Program-made: the position numbers and the translations under genes
Shown here: positions 49,900 through 63,337 of the stretch, piece after piece
How positions within the stretch are numbered: position 1 is the stretch's first letter
Layout of the letters: the number at the start of each line of letters is the position of its first letter
The notes under the pieces: generated by a model
What the model saw: the letters and a program-made list of their open reading frames with translations, nothing else
Database searches by the model: none
Told to the model about the DNA's origin: nothing
Assembly: GCA_030704615.1 (NCBI GenBank)
Contig: CM060733.1
Span: 45,508,001 to 45,572,000, forward strand
Direction of reading: 5' to 3'
Length of the DNA: 64,000 bases
Source of the DNA: Takakia lepidozioides
Taxonomy: Eukaryota; Plantae; Bryophyta

Positions 49900-52620
49900 A
49901 TGAGTTCCCCTCGCCCATGCGGAGGACTTCCAATTAATCACCCCTGTAGACAGAACACCCGAGATGACAGGTTGTGGGAAAGAGAAGTGGCACGTGCCCG
50001 AGCCCTTGGGCTTTCAAGGATGTCATGCCCATGTGAACGTTGTTTGGGCACTACAAGTAGATCTGAGATCGGTGTGCACACACATCTCCTTCACCACAAA
50101 AGACATGAAGCATTTCGGGTGTGGATTGGAGATGGACCTGCACACGAAGATGATGAGGAGTGGGCACAATTGGACAATGCACACCCCCGGGGGAGCCATA
50201 CAGACAGGCCAGACGAGGACTATGTCATGGGCGCAGGTGATGAACCAGGCATGGACGGTGGGGTAGACATTAATTGAATGTTGCAGGAAGCATTCCACAT
50301 CATGGACGATGCTGAAGAGGGGGACGACGCTGCGACAACTGGGAATGGTGATGACGCAGGAAATGAAGGCATTCACGTGGGGGAAGGCGTGGAAGGAGGT
50401 GGAGATGGAGATGAGAATTCAGCACACATGACACTAGAAGAAGCATGTGTGTCATTGTACGAGGGATGCAAGTCCACAAAGCTTGCTGCCACCATGCTGT
50501 TGATGAACCTATGCACAACCCACGGTGTCTTAGACCATTTTGTGGACGAGTTGTTCTCTTTGCTTCGGCTGAACTTGCTTCCACAACCAAATGAAATGCC
50601 AAAAAACTGTCACATGGCCAACAAAATGATTGGGAAGCTCGGCCTCAACTACATGAAAATACATGCATGCCCAAAAGGACATGTACTTTTCAGAAGAGAG
50701 TACAAGGACGCTATGGAGTGCCCCAAATGCGGTGCAACCCGATACCATGATGTGGGCAGGTTACAACAACCAGCCAAGTGTTGAGGCACTTTCCCATTAT
50801 CCCCCGTCTATTACGAATGTACAAATGCAAGACCATTAGTGAGCTCATGACTTGGCATTCCAGGAATGCCTCAAATGATGATTTGGGAAGGCATGTCCTT
50901 GGTTCCCTTGAATGGAAGCATATAGATGCAACTTGGCCCGATTTTGCCGAGGACCCACGCAATGTGCGATTGGCTGTATCTACGGATGGAGTAAACCCGT
51001 ACGGATCAAAGAGCTGCACATGGTCCACATGGCCCGTGCAGTTGGTGGCATACAACCTGCCACCATGGTTGACAACAAAGAATTTTTTTGTCATGTTGTC
51101 TCTCTTGATTCCAGGCAAGGAGCGGGTTGCAAGACGAAGGTCTACGAAGGGTGCCCCATTTGTGGGCCCTATGTGGATTCACGACACTCAAAGCCATTGG
51201 GGAAGACAATATACATGGGGCATCAACGTTACCTTGCAAGAAACCACCCCTACCGACGAGCAGGAAGGTACTTCAATGGATGTGTTGAAAAGAGAATGAC
51301 ACCAAATGCTGTGACACCGGAGGAGACATTGCAATTTGCAAAGGAGAAAGAGGCGTTCATGGAGATTGGAGGGAGAGAAGGAAGTAGTGCGGATCCAGCC
51401 ATGGAGCATGGGGTGAAGCGCCGGACAATCCTTTGGGATTTGCCATATTGGAAGGTGCATGAATTCCCCCCCCCATTCACTCACTTTCTTTCACATTGTG
51501 CTTCCTGGAATTACCTTTACTATCAGGAGTCCTTCCACCAACTCCTAAGTCAGTGTAACTACTATGTAGTAGATGTTGAAGTCATATACCTCACTGTGGA
51601 GAGGATCGTGCAGTTGTTGAAAACAGAACGTAGTAACATGGACAACTTCTGCCACATATTCTACTATTTTTGCCCATAGAACTTGGTCTCATGGGAGGAC
51701 ATCTGGCATTTCAGAATCTCTTGCAGCGGTACCTCCTGGACCCCATGCATTGTGAGAAGAACTTCTGCGAGAACATTCTGAAGACGATCTTTGGGGAGAA
51801 GGATACGATAAACGTACGAAATGACATGGAGATTGAAGGGATACGGTCACATCTGTGACTAAGGCCTGATCCAAATAGACCTCGCAAAGTGCTCATGCCA
51901 GCAACATCATATGTCCTGACCAAATCAGAGCAAGAGCATTTCTTGAAGACATTGGGAGCCATGAAAGTGCCAACCGGATTCTCGGGTGCTTTCCAAAAGC
52001 ATCCATGAAAGAAATGGTCGGGGATGAAGTCACATGATCTACACGTGATGATGCAGCAGATTTTGCCAGTGTGCATTCGGGGTCCGATGGCGCCGGGTCC
52101 TCGAACAGCCATAATGCGTGTAAGTCGAGTGTTTAGGAAGATTTGTGCGAAGGTGTGGGATCCGAGCGACATTACATCGTTGCTTGAGGATGTGGCTATG
52201 ACCCTTTGTTTGCTGGAGAAAGAATTCCCTCCATCATTCTTTGACGTCATGACGCACTTGCTAGTGCATCTTGTAGAGGAGCTGCATGTGTGTGGGCCCG
52301 TAGCCAACCGTTGGATGTACCCCATGGAGAGGTACATGAAGGATCTGAAGGGGTATGTATGCAACATGGCACGGCCAGAGGGGAGTATGGCGGAGGGCTA
52401 CATCCGCGACGAAGCCTTGGGCTTCATGACAGAGTATATGTCTTCATTTGATGCAACACAACGATGGGTGTGGGACGAGAACGAGGAAGAAGGAGTTGTA
52501 GGCGAGGTCCTATAAGGTGGTGGAACAAAGCGTGCCATGAGCCCGCGCCTTCGGGATGTGGCACATGATTATGTGCTGAACAACACAACAACCATGACAC
52601 CATGGAGACAGTGGGTGTAA
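49900..52620 (+). pseudogene. CACTA/En-Spm transposase (TnpD/Tnp2) pseudogene
   Basis: N-terminal CPCxxC...HL; CPKCGATRY; EWKHID...DPRNVRLAVSTDGVNPY...STWPV...YNLPPW; DPMHCEKN; MKSHDLH; FPPSFFDVMTHLLVHL; RWMYPMERYM. Several stops and an internal deletion. Confidence 0.9.
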
Positions 52621-52811
52621 ACTTACATCCCTCCTGTGCTATTCTTAATGGTCTTTGTATGCTGGAATTACATATATACTGTCACAAGTCATTCCGGCCA
52701 CTATGGGAGTGGGATCGTGTACTAACAGGGTGCTTCAGACGACTATAGAGGGTGTTTCGTAGTTGGTGTTGTTGCTTGCAAGTGATTATGAAGTAGGCTG
52801 CATCACTACAG

Positions 52812-53330
52812 TTCGCGTTGGGGGGGGGTGAATCAGCCTGAGCCGGTTCAGAAACCAGTAGAGGGACGGGCTGCTTCTTCTTCGACTTTGCTGGAGAAGG
52901 GCCCGACCCCTGCTGGCGATTCTCCATGACCGAAGAACGCGAGTCGATCTCTGGGGCTTTAAACTTGCCCTTCGAAGCCGCGTCTTTGAAACGCACAGGG
53001 CTAGGCCCTGCAGGAATACCCGCGCTCGGGGATCGGATGGGTGTACGTGCTGCAGCTAGCTCCTCGGACTCTTTCTGCGGCTCTTCGGATTCCTGTGATC
53101 CCTCCAACACGTCCACCTTTCCTGTTAGGCATGCAAACATGTTCTGCATTCAAGTCTCCTAGCATTCAGTCTAGGAATTACAGAAGCAAAATGGGGGGTT
53201 CGGTGCTCGATCAGCTGCGCGCAGCCCGATCACATGGAGCTCTCACTGGTGGCTGGGTTGCCTGAGTGGCCTGCTGCTCGGAGATGGCAATCTCTTCGTG
53301 TAGACGCATCTGCTTCCTCCCCTTCGGCAT
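52812..53330 (-). pseudogene. 5' exons of the ParB-MTase-like gene (host copy), truncated at the breakpoint
   Basis: MPKGRKQMRLHEE... and GKVDVLEGSQESEE...KSKKKQPVP; homologous to 17929-18445. Confidence 0.6.
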
Positions 53331-53729
53331 TGGCCTACGTCCGAAGTATAATTTTCGGAGCTTGCGACGAGGTCTCCTGTCTGGTGCACGAACTCCCCCC
53401 CTCTCAGGTTCGAGCATAAGAAGAACAGAGACAGGGAAAAGGGGCAAAGAGTGCAGATGGAAAGGGCGCGAGAGGGGTGACTGAGGAGACACGACAAAAG
53501 TAGATGAAACGGTGGTGATGCACCACTTGGGTTCGAAAGGGTTCGACGAAAGTGTCTCCTCGTGGATTTTGCGTCATTACAAAATTCGAATCGTTCAGGG
53601 TACGCCTGCCGTCCGAAAAACACACATCATTATCCAACGGTCAGGCCGCGCCGCCTCATGCCACTTCTGTCAGATAGAGTGCCGACATGTGCCGCAATTC
53701 CGTTGCTCTACGTGTTCACATTTCAAGGC

Positions 53730-55320
53730 ATTTCCGTCCCAGCGTCTGATGAGTTGGAGTGAAAATGCGAATACGGCGCCGCATTTCCGTTAAGTACCAT
53801 CACGAAGCTACACATCCGTACTTGTTGGAAGAAAATGCGGCACCGCATTTCCATTCCACCTTCACATACCTTAGTTGTTGAACGGAAATACGGTGCTGCA
53901 TTTCCGTCCCACACCTCCATGTATGAGATACAAAAGTGAAATGCGGCGCCGCATTTCCGTTCTGGAATGTCGAAAGGTGTGATTCGGACGGAAATGAGGC
54001 ACAACATTTCAGTTCCCGTGGTTCATGATTTTCAATGTGAACGAAAATGCGGTACCGCATTTCCGTTCCCCCTTCACATACCTTAGTTGATGAACGGAAA
54101 TGCCATGCCACATTTCCGTTCGGGAAAGTATAGAGGTCTCACCTGAACAGAAATGCGGTGCCGCATTTCCGGTCTGGAAAGTTTGAAGGTCTCACATGGA
54201 TGGAAATGCGGCACCACATTTCCGTCCCACAACTCCAGGCCTCATATACAAAATGGAAATGCGGCGCCGCATTTCCGATCTAGAATGTCGGAAGGTGCGA
54301 CTCGGACGGAAATGCGGTGCCGCATTTCTGTTCCCGTTGTTCACGATTTTCAGTCAGAACGGAAATGCGGTACCGCATTTCCGTTCTGTAGAGTATTAAG
54401 GTCTGACCCTGGCGGAAATGTTGTGCCGCATTTTCGTTCCACATCTCCATGCCTCACATACAAAACGGAAATGCGGCGCCGCATTTCCGTTTTGGAATGT
54501 CGGAAGGTGCGACTCCGACGGAAATGCGGTACCGCATTTCAGTTCCGATGTTTCACGATTTTTCATCAGAACGGAAATGCGGTGCCGCATTTGCGTTCTG
54601 GAATGTTGGGAGGTTTGACTCGGATGGAAATGTGCTGCCGCATTTCAGTTCCGATGGTTCACGATTTACAGTCAGAACGGAAATGCGGTACCGCATTTCC
54701 GTTCTGGATAGTATTAATGTCTCAAGCGGTCGGAATTGCACTCGGCTCCATGCCTCAGATACAAAATGGAAATGCGGCGCCGCATTTCCGTTCTGGAATG
54801 TCGGAAAGTGCGACTTAGACAGAAATGCGGTGCCGCATTTCTGTTTCCGTTGTTCATAATTCTCAATCAGAACGGAAATGCGGTACCGCATTTCCGTTCC
54901 ACCTTCACATACCGTGCTTGTTGGATGGAAATGCGTTACCGCATTTCCGTTCTGGAGAGTATGAATGTCTTGTGAGGACGGAAATGTGCTGCAGCATTTC
55001 TATCCCTCAGCTCCATGCATCAGATACAAAATGGAAATGCGGCGCCGCATTTCCGTTCTGGAATGTCGGAAAAGTGCGACTGGGACGGAAATGCGGTGCC
55101 GCATTTCTGTTCCCGTTGTTCATAATTCTCAATCAGAACGGAAATGCAGTACCGCATTTCCGTTCCACCTTCACATACCGTGCTTGCTGGATGGAAATGC
55201 GTTACCGCATTTCCGTTCTGGAGAGTATTAAGGTTTCCCCGGACGGAAACTCGGTGCCGCATTTCCGTCGCTCTGGTGCATGACCAAGATGCAATACGGA
55301 AATGCGGCGCCGTATTTCCG
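53730..55320. repeat. Family B palindrome array, about 29 copies, 53-bp period
   Basis: Centres about 53841, 53894, 53947 ... 54689, one 89-bp gap, then 54778 ... 55308. Confidence 0.95.
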
Positions 55321-55736
55321 TCCACCAGCAATCGAAAGAATCACTCGGGACGGGAAATCTGGAACCTGAATGGGTTGTGTTGTTCCGAAACAACACAATT
55401 GCAGCCAGTCTTGATGAGCACAACTTGGTTGTCTGACCGTTTTAACTAACAGTGCTGGCACTTTTCAGTGCAAACGTTCCTGTCTGCACCGAGAATACTG
55501 CTGGATCCACCCTCAGGAGAAACTGTCAGGAGATGTTATTTCGTCGCCGAATCGGCCATCATTGTCATACTTACTGGCTATGGAATCAAACCTCCCACCT
55601 TCATGCATGTAGCTTGAAACAATACTTTCCACTTCAATGTGCGACTTCCAATCGTCGATGGACTCCGCATGGTGCCTGTGAGCCTTCGTCTGTCGCTATA
55701 CTGAACCTCGCACTTGCCAACTTCGTGCGGTCTTCG

Positions 55737-58700
55737 ATGGCTCCGAATTCCTACGCTATAGGTTGCTGTCCTCCGCAGCTTGGGAGAGCCTGGATCCCAA
55801 ACGAGGGAGGACTTTGCAGAGTGACTGAAACTTACCTTTGTTCCAAATTCAAGCTCAAACCGGGCACAGTTTATTTGGAAGAAGAAAGGAAGGATGTTCC
55901 TGGACAGGTTGACAAGACCATTGTCGTGCTAGGTAACGACAGAGGTTGCGGAATCGAATGGCACGTACCCCCATCAGACACCATCCTGTACCGAGCTGTG
56001 GGAATGCCCATTCCATTTCCGAATCAGTCGCTGCCCACACCATCCACAAAGGAGTCCGGAAACCGACAGGCGGCCACTACCAACAAAGAGGTATGCAACG
56101 ATAATCAGTACCGACCTGGACCGTCAAGACCCTCCATAGCTTCTCGTGTGGACGTATTCGACATTTCCGACGAGGAAGATGATTGCATTGAGGTACCCAT
56201 GTCCTCCACACGGTCGTTCAAATCCGGCATGGACGTCTCTGTAGGTGCTACGCATGTGCCCTCGAGCATAACTCCAACCCGGTCCATTGTGCAGCTCCTA
56301 CGACAACATCACCTCGATGGTTCTCGCTCCGAGCTGGCTGCTCTCGACTATGCCAAATTCCCAGTCAGAAAGGTAACGTTTCTGCCTCCCGAAGTCGATG
56401 GCAATGTCATCTTCGAGTTTCCACCTGTTTCTTCGTCAAACAAAGCCTCCGGGATGTTAACAGACATGGATCAAAAGCATGACGGACACCCCTGGTGTGT
56501 GACGAAGACCAGTAGCACGAAAATTGCTGATGGTGTTCGTGTACGATATGTCCTCTGTGCGGGAAAGTTGAGGTGCCTCAATCCCACCTGCTTCCACTTT
56601 CTCTCCAAAGGAGGGCGGAGAAACGAGACGGATTGGACTGGCACAACGCATCATCCATTCATTGTCTCCAGCCAAGCTCCTGCGGGTTTTTTCAAGTGTG
56701 CACATTGCAAAGAACCACCGACGTGCATGTCCATGTGCAGAGCCAAGCAATATTACGTAATCCATTTGCTCCCGGACTTGACTAGAGCTTGCATACACGT
56801 TGGGGTCCACTGCCACCCCTTGGCGAGAGGCAACATGCGTGAGGCTGTGCAGGAAGCACACGACATCATAAAAGAGGAGGTGAAATTGAGCCCCGGAGCC
56901 AGACCAAAGCAGATTCAGCTGAAGGCAGCCCACAAGATTGCTCTTGGCAAAATCATGTCTGAAGATGGTTCCGACCGAGAGCCCTTGACCGAAGACGAGA
57001 TGCGTGACCTCTTGGAGTCCGTCTCGCACGTTTGTAGTCCGAATGTGCGGAATCACATCGTATCTTGCAAGCAGGAGTTCGGCAGGGGGTCGGACATGTA
57101 CTCAATCCTGGAGGTGAAACGAATGACTGGATATGACTACATCCAAGGTAGCAGGTTTCCAGGGCAAGGCAGCGAATCCGATCGTTGTTACATTTTCAAA
57201 ATGTCGACGTGTGGGCCTGGGAGTGGAGTCGACTTGGTCACTCGCATGACAACTGGAAACTTGTCGAATGCTTGGGTGATATTTGATCACATCAAGCGAA
57301 TTACAAACCATCAGTGGGTGACTATGGGTGCGCATGTTTATGACTATCACTCCAAGAGGCTCATGACGATTGCAATCTGCGAGATGAAAGGGGAGGACAC
57401 ACAGTCCGAGATGCATCTGTGGGAGGGCATAAACGAGCAGATGGCAAGGGCGGGATTGCCAGAGCCCAATTTTAGGGGATTCATGGCAGACAACGCTCAG
57501 GCCAACTGGGCAGCGGTGCGGCGTATGTACAGTGAGGACCCCAATGTTCCAATGGAGGGGAAAGAGAGATCCTGTGGATTCCATTGGATGCAGAGTCTAT
57601 CCCACTACACTACCAAATTTGTTGCTAGCTCATTCCAGGCTGAACACCGTGTCCTTTGTACGGCGTGGAAGGATGCACCCACATTTGATGACGCGGAGGT
57701 TAAGTTTGCTATCATCGAGGCTTGGTGGAACACGTCAGGTGCAGTGGAGACAACCAATCTGGGAGCATTGCACAGCTGGTTGGGGTGGTGGCATTTTCGG
57801 TATCGACAGTTCAGACAGTACATGCGGGAGGTAGGCTGCTGTCATTTTCGTTCATTTGTCTTTCTGTTACGGACATTTCGATTGGTCCCTCACCATTGTT
57901 TGTGTCCTTCTAGGAGTGGTGCTTGGATTCCGACATGGACATGCCGAACACGAATATGGCAGAATCGGTCCACTCCTCCTGGCGAGCGTCTTCTGCCGCA
58001 CATCTGGTGGACGTAATGACGGCCACAACGGAGGACATCGACAGAGCAATCATGCAGCAAGCCACGTACTACAAGTTCCTGAGCGGCAAACAATGGGGCT
58101 TTGGGCCGGACAGGGATGAATTGTTGGTACGAACAGCTTCGAGGTCCAAGAATCCAGTGAAATGGGCGACAGCATTGCGAGAGAAGATCAAAGGGACGCC
58201 TCTGCACCGTAGAGGTGAACACCTAGAGGGGGACGTCCAAACTCGCCCTGTCAGGCGGAGGATTGAAGAGGAACCCGGGTGTGAAGAGGATTCCTGGAGA
58301 TCCGATAGGAACATTCGGACAGCACCTCGAGGTCCCGTAATGTTGCCGCACAATGTATCTTCCAGCAGTGGAAGCCCAAGAAATTCCAGATCGCCGTCGC
58401 CTTCAACCGGGGATTTCGTGCGAGAAATTCCCACCGCTCCCTTGCCCCAGATTCCGCCCGCTGTTATGCAGTATGGCCAAGCCATTGTGGAGACGACTGT
58501 GTCTGCATCACAGTGGAGAATTGCTCGCACAAAGCCGTCGTTTCGAGGAAGGTGTTCCGCAATTCATGTGGATACACGGCAACGTTGTTTAGAGATGATA
58601 AGGAGGAATCCAGATGGGGCTGTCCCTGCTCCTACTTTTACAGGAAGATTTGTCCATGCAAAGTTTGCGGAGGCGACAACCACCCAGTTCTGGTTCTGCA

Positions 58701-59344
58701 GGCACGACATTATGACTTGCGTGTATGGAAAGCCCAAGTACGGCATACAAACAATGCCAGAGGCTCCCCCGGTGTGGCCGGTGGAACCAGGCTGCGATCT
58801 GAGTCAGGTTGAGGCCGACGCCCTTACCGCCGCAGGATTTCGGATGGTGCAGCGCACTGACGTGCCCAGACATCCATTTCCGCTTCCACAGCCTCCACCA
58901 CCGACCCCTGTGAGAGCAAGAACAATGGGACACGACAGCTCTAAGCATCCTACACACCGTTGGGGGAAACCGAAGAGGCGGCGACCTCCCTCAAAAGTGA
59001 ACGAGACAAGGATGGGGAATGCACTTCGGATGAACTGTACAATCCAGAGCTCGACAGAAGTGCCCCCACCAGGATTCGGGCGTGTGTATCAGATGGCCAC
59101 GGCGGGCTCAGCTGTTCGCAATGAGGTGTACACCATCACCATTTCAGAATTACCCACCTGCAATTGCACCGACTTCCAGATCATGGCGAACAAGGGGGCA
59201 TCATACTGCCCTTGCAAGCATTTGTACTACGTGTACCTAAAGAGACTCCGTTGTAATTCCACAACTCATCACTTCATACATGCACCAGGGTTGAGCCCCC
59301 ATGAGGTTCACACTCTTCTGAATATGGATCCAGGGGACCAGTGA
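55737..59344 (+). CDS. Intact two-exon MULE transposase (~1174 aa): GCM-like Zn domain, DDE, SWIM
   Basis: Exons 55737-57830 and 57914-59344 join in frame (GT 57831, AG 57913). Motifs KHDGHPWCVTKT...CAGKLRCLNPTC...CAHC, VIFDHIKR, FMADNAQ, CGFH, NTNMAESVH and CNCTDF...CPCKH. Start codon inferred. Confidence 0.88.
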
Positions 59345-60124
59345 GCTTGGCTTGCGGTCCCAATACAATGGTACGCCCATCCTTTTCGGATAGTAGAACT
59401 GTACTGCTGCCAGTACCTCAGACTCTGGCCACAGAAAGGTCCGACATATGTCTTGCCTACCAGTAACCTGTTTTGCTCGAAGTAAGATATTACTATATCG
59501 TTCACTTGTTTCCACGTGCATGTATTTTTGTATGTTGGAGGGTTCATGTTTTTCTGCTTTCCGAAAACTTGCTTTCCTCATTCGACCTCTGACAAGGAAA
59601 TGCGGCGCCGCATTTCCAAGTATCGTCGTAGGTACTGGTAGAGGCAGCCTTCGCTAACACCAAACCGCTCCGAAATTTCGCACGTGCGAACCCTAATGCG
59701 GCACCTTATTTCCCAGTTCAGTTGCAAACCTTTCCCGCCGAATACCCGAAGAAGACAGAATTGTGAAGTGCTGCAGACTGTATTGGTGCAGACTCCATTG
59801 GTTCAATCGCGGCAAAAGGGTCAGCTTCATTCCAATGTTAAGGCATGTAAAACCGCGGAATACTCTATACAGGCCAGTATGCGACGTCCTTTTGCAGTGG
59901 TATACTGGATTTCCCGTTGCACGGTCACTTATTTCCATGAGCGGATCTATAAAACCATGAGCGGACTTGTTACTGACGACATATCTTCGCCGCATTACAT
60001 GATCTGGAACGTCCAAAAATGGCAAGGTCAAATTAAAAACTATTATTTTAATACTTGTTTAATCTGCCGCATTTCCAAATTTGGAGGAGTCCGCTCATGA
60101 AATCCGCGTATCTTAGACTTCGGC

Positions 60125-60195
60125 TCACCGCTCATGCGGCTCATGCGGCTCATGGCTCATGGCTCATGGTTTCTGCTCATGAAATAGTAAACCTC
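60125..60195 (-). repeat. Left TIR with CATGAGC repeats, host B copy (inverted)
   Basis: Reverse complement of 11034-11105. Confidence 0.9.
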
Positions 60196-60725
60196 AAAAA
60201 ATATCGTCAAGGCCCAATTTTTCTTTGGCCAAGTTGTTCCAAGCCAAATTAAACCATGAACGAAGTTGGGAATCTTTCTGCAACATGACTTTTGCATCAT
60301 GTAGGTCAGCGTAGCTACGGCGTGAGCCCAGCCCCGTGAGCCTAGGAGCTGAGCTCACGTTGAAGCTGCAAAGCGTGAGCTGAGCTCACGCTTCAGGGAA
60401 GCGTGAGTGGCACAAATTTGCTGGAGAAGCAGGTCCTATAGGCGAGGATTGCAGGAAGAGGGCCTATTACCGTGGACAAAACAAAGGGGGCCACCATGCA
60501 CCATGTCTGCAATGCCTGCACAAAAAGAGGAATATGAAAATATGGCAGATTTGAGCTCAGAATGATTGACACACTTTATTTCAATTCACAGATAGACGCT
60601 TACAATGAATGGCATGTGCATTTGCCCTGGTTCCGTGAACGAAATGAATGTGTTTGTCATAAATGCAAAGTCTTCACACGGTAACCTGGAAACCAGCATG
60701 GGAAGCGGGCATGGCTCGTATGTGT

Positions 60726-61941
60726 TTAAAGAGAATTTGGCGGAGCCCCACGTGAGGTGTCCCGCTGCAGAAGGGTGATGACTTTTCCGTAGCCTAGTGT
60801 GGCTTGGTGAATGAATTGGTCTCTCTTACCGTCGCAACACATAATTATGTAATATTGATGCTTGCAGGGGACCCACTTCCTTCTCATGCCGAGAGCGCCC
60901 TCATGCATCGTTACAAAATCCGGACAAGTGCATTTAGGGAAATTCCCCACGGTAACCTGATATTCTTTGCCATGAAGAATTGAGCCAATAGACAGCACTG
61001 TGTAAATCCGTCCATATCCCGGGGCAGGGACTTTGGTGATACGAGTCACCCGAGCCTGCAAAATTCTAGCCAATTCCATCTTGCATTCGTGATCTGCACC
61101 CGATCTGCACCCGATTCATGATCAACCGATTAGCGCTGTTTCTCAGCCGAGGGCAAGAAATATTCTCGAACTTGCAATGCCCAACGCAAATCGACCTTCG
61201 AAATTTCAATCCAATGTCGTTGTGGATGTTCGATGTTTTTGTCCTGCACCAAGGGTGTCCGTCATGTTTCTTGTCCATGCCCTGCAGAAGCCCAACCAGT
61301 CCATTGGAAGACGTGGGAGGGTTGAGCTCAAACAAGATGTCCCCATCAAACTCTGCTGGCACGTATTGAACCCGCTGCACACGAAGGGACTCCCAATCAA
61401 CAAAACGCAGCTCGTTATTGCATCTAGGCACCCCTGCGAGGGCTTTCAATTTCGGAATGACACTCGTTATCTCCTGCAATTCGTCATCATCCAAGATGGG
61501 AGTCTGCACTGGTGGAGGAATCTCATAAACATCCTTTGAGGACGAGTCTGAAAGAGTCACGAATGTAGTGGATGTGCTCACCTCTTGTTTCACATGAACT
61601 GTGCCCTTCTGCTGCACAACTGATGTTGTAGTGCCAGGGGTAACTACTGATCCTGCTGATTGTCTTCTCTCTTTTCCAAGGACACGGTATGTGCCTGGAA
61701 GGATTCTCCACTTCCTTCCACACTCGCCAACCAATGGTTTCTCCAAGTGCCCAGAATCCAAATTCCCATCCTCGTCATACACCTCTTTTTGAAATAGCAG
61801 CGAACCCAATTCCAGCGGGAACACTGTAACCAGCTCATCCTCATGAACAACTGCAAACCCATCGTCGTCTGTAGTGGTAGTCAGTGGAAGACTACCTGCA
61901 TTGGAATGAAATCGAGCGAGTCTATCTCGCTCCCTCGACAT
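60726..61941 (-). pseudogene. Family C MULE transposase with the DDE core deleted
   Basis: FDGDILFELNP...MDKKHDGHPWCRTKT...C region joined at ~61090-61115 directly to PAPGYGRIY...PKCTCPDF...PCKH (SWIM). Confidence 0.8.
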
Positions 61942-63337
61942 GTTTTCCTCCACTGACCGAAAGTTGCGATTCACAACGGAATCCCCGAACTGATAGCCCA
62001 TAATTCTCGAAAGGGGATCCACCACAAACAAACTGAGGTCAATAAGGTTAGCACTAACCCAAAGACTGTGGGCGATGCATGCAAAGGATGTAGGAATGAC
62101 ATGCACCAAACTTCGCAGACAACCACACTGAGAGACACCAACCAGAAAAACTGTTTTCAAAGACAAGAAGCCACAAGAAGCCGTGCTGTATTTGGATGAA
62201 AAACAAACCCTGAACATGACATGAAACCATCCATTATGGAAAGACGACAACAACCCTGGAGAGCAATAAACAAGAAGACCCCGAATGTAATGAGGTTGTG
62301 CTGTGCCAGAAGAGCACAGCACAAACACTGACACTCCGGGAGACACCTCGCACGAATGTGTGCAACACATGACCATTGCCGACAAAACCCTTTATACCGA
62401 ATGACCCCATTGCGACGGTGACGGAAAAATACAAACCAAAGAGTAGGCAGTAGAACACATGTGGATGCATATGTGAAGCATAACAATTATTGCGAATCTG
62501 CAAGTACTGCACGAAATTGAACTAGCATTAGATTTATACGACATTTCCAAATTTGAAAGAATGCAAGAAGGCTGCCATATATTGGCAGGCGGCGAAGTAC
62601 ATCTGACATATATCACAAGTACATGTAACGGATGTACATTTTTTCTAGCACTTTATTTCTTGGACAATACAAAGACGCCGAAATGGATGAATTCCGTTCG
62701 CCCACAATAATAACACCCGCATCCAAATACGGTTAACAATGTCCAATTTTTATTCTGGTTACATACCATAGCAACCCTTGTTGCAAACGTCAAACTGGAG
62801 AGCTCTAGAGGCAGCGTGGGGAGCCCTTGTTTCCAGCGGAGGAGGAAGAGAAGGAAGTCATTATACTTCATGAGCACTAGGAACATGAATAGAGCCAGAT
62901 ATAGAATGAGGATGGAAATAGTAGACGAAGAGGAAAAGGGCAAAGAAGATGACAAAGAGGAAAGTCTGACGATGGAAGAGCAGGAATCTGGAGAAGAACA
63001 GCAGCCCGCCATACTTCCAAGAACAGGTGAGGAGGAGACTGCATCCGAGGGAGAGACACACGCCGAAGATGATGTTGATGTTGGCCTCACGAAGAACCAG
63101 ATAGTGGAAAAGAGGATGGGGGAGATGCTCCAGAACATGCTCAACGTAGAGAGCAGTCCGAAGCGCAAAGGGTCCCCGGCGATTGGGGAGTCTTCTGGAG
63201 CAGTTAAATAAAAGGTACAATGTTTGAGACCCACCTTTGTGCTTCATTGCTGATGTGAACCCCAGTTGTGCTTGTATTTTGATATGAAAATAACCTACAC
63301 ACGGCATCTCTGGCAGGTTGAATCCACCCCAAACTGG

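Larger units (their letters stand above)
52812..60195 (-). mobile_element. Mutator-like element family B, displaced left half of the host copy (inverted)
   Basis: Reverse complement of 11034-18445. TIR ends at 60195, flanked by aaaaaatat (rc atatttttt). Breaks off about 4 bp before the point where 6506 begins. Confidence 0.9.

Noticed and set aside
52804-52811. CACTACAG at the breakpoint as a CACTA terminus
   Set aside because: Wrong orientation for the adjacent + strand CACTA transposase; no subterminal repeats or partner end.
53730-55320. CRISPR-like look: 22-bp palindromic repeats with ~31-bp spacers (also 15914-17535, 5330-5940)
   Set aside because: Spacers recur as higher-order duplicates rather than unique acquired sequences, the repeats are fully palindromic and degenerate, there are no cas genes, and the context is a eukaryotic transposon.
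62816-63211. Acidic 131-aa ORF in the family C region
   Set aside because: Low complexity with no recognisable domain; it may be a cargo exon but cannot be supported.
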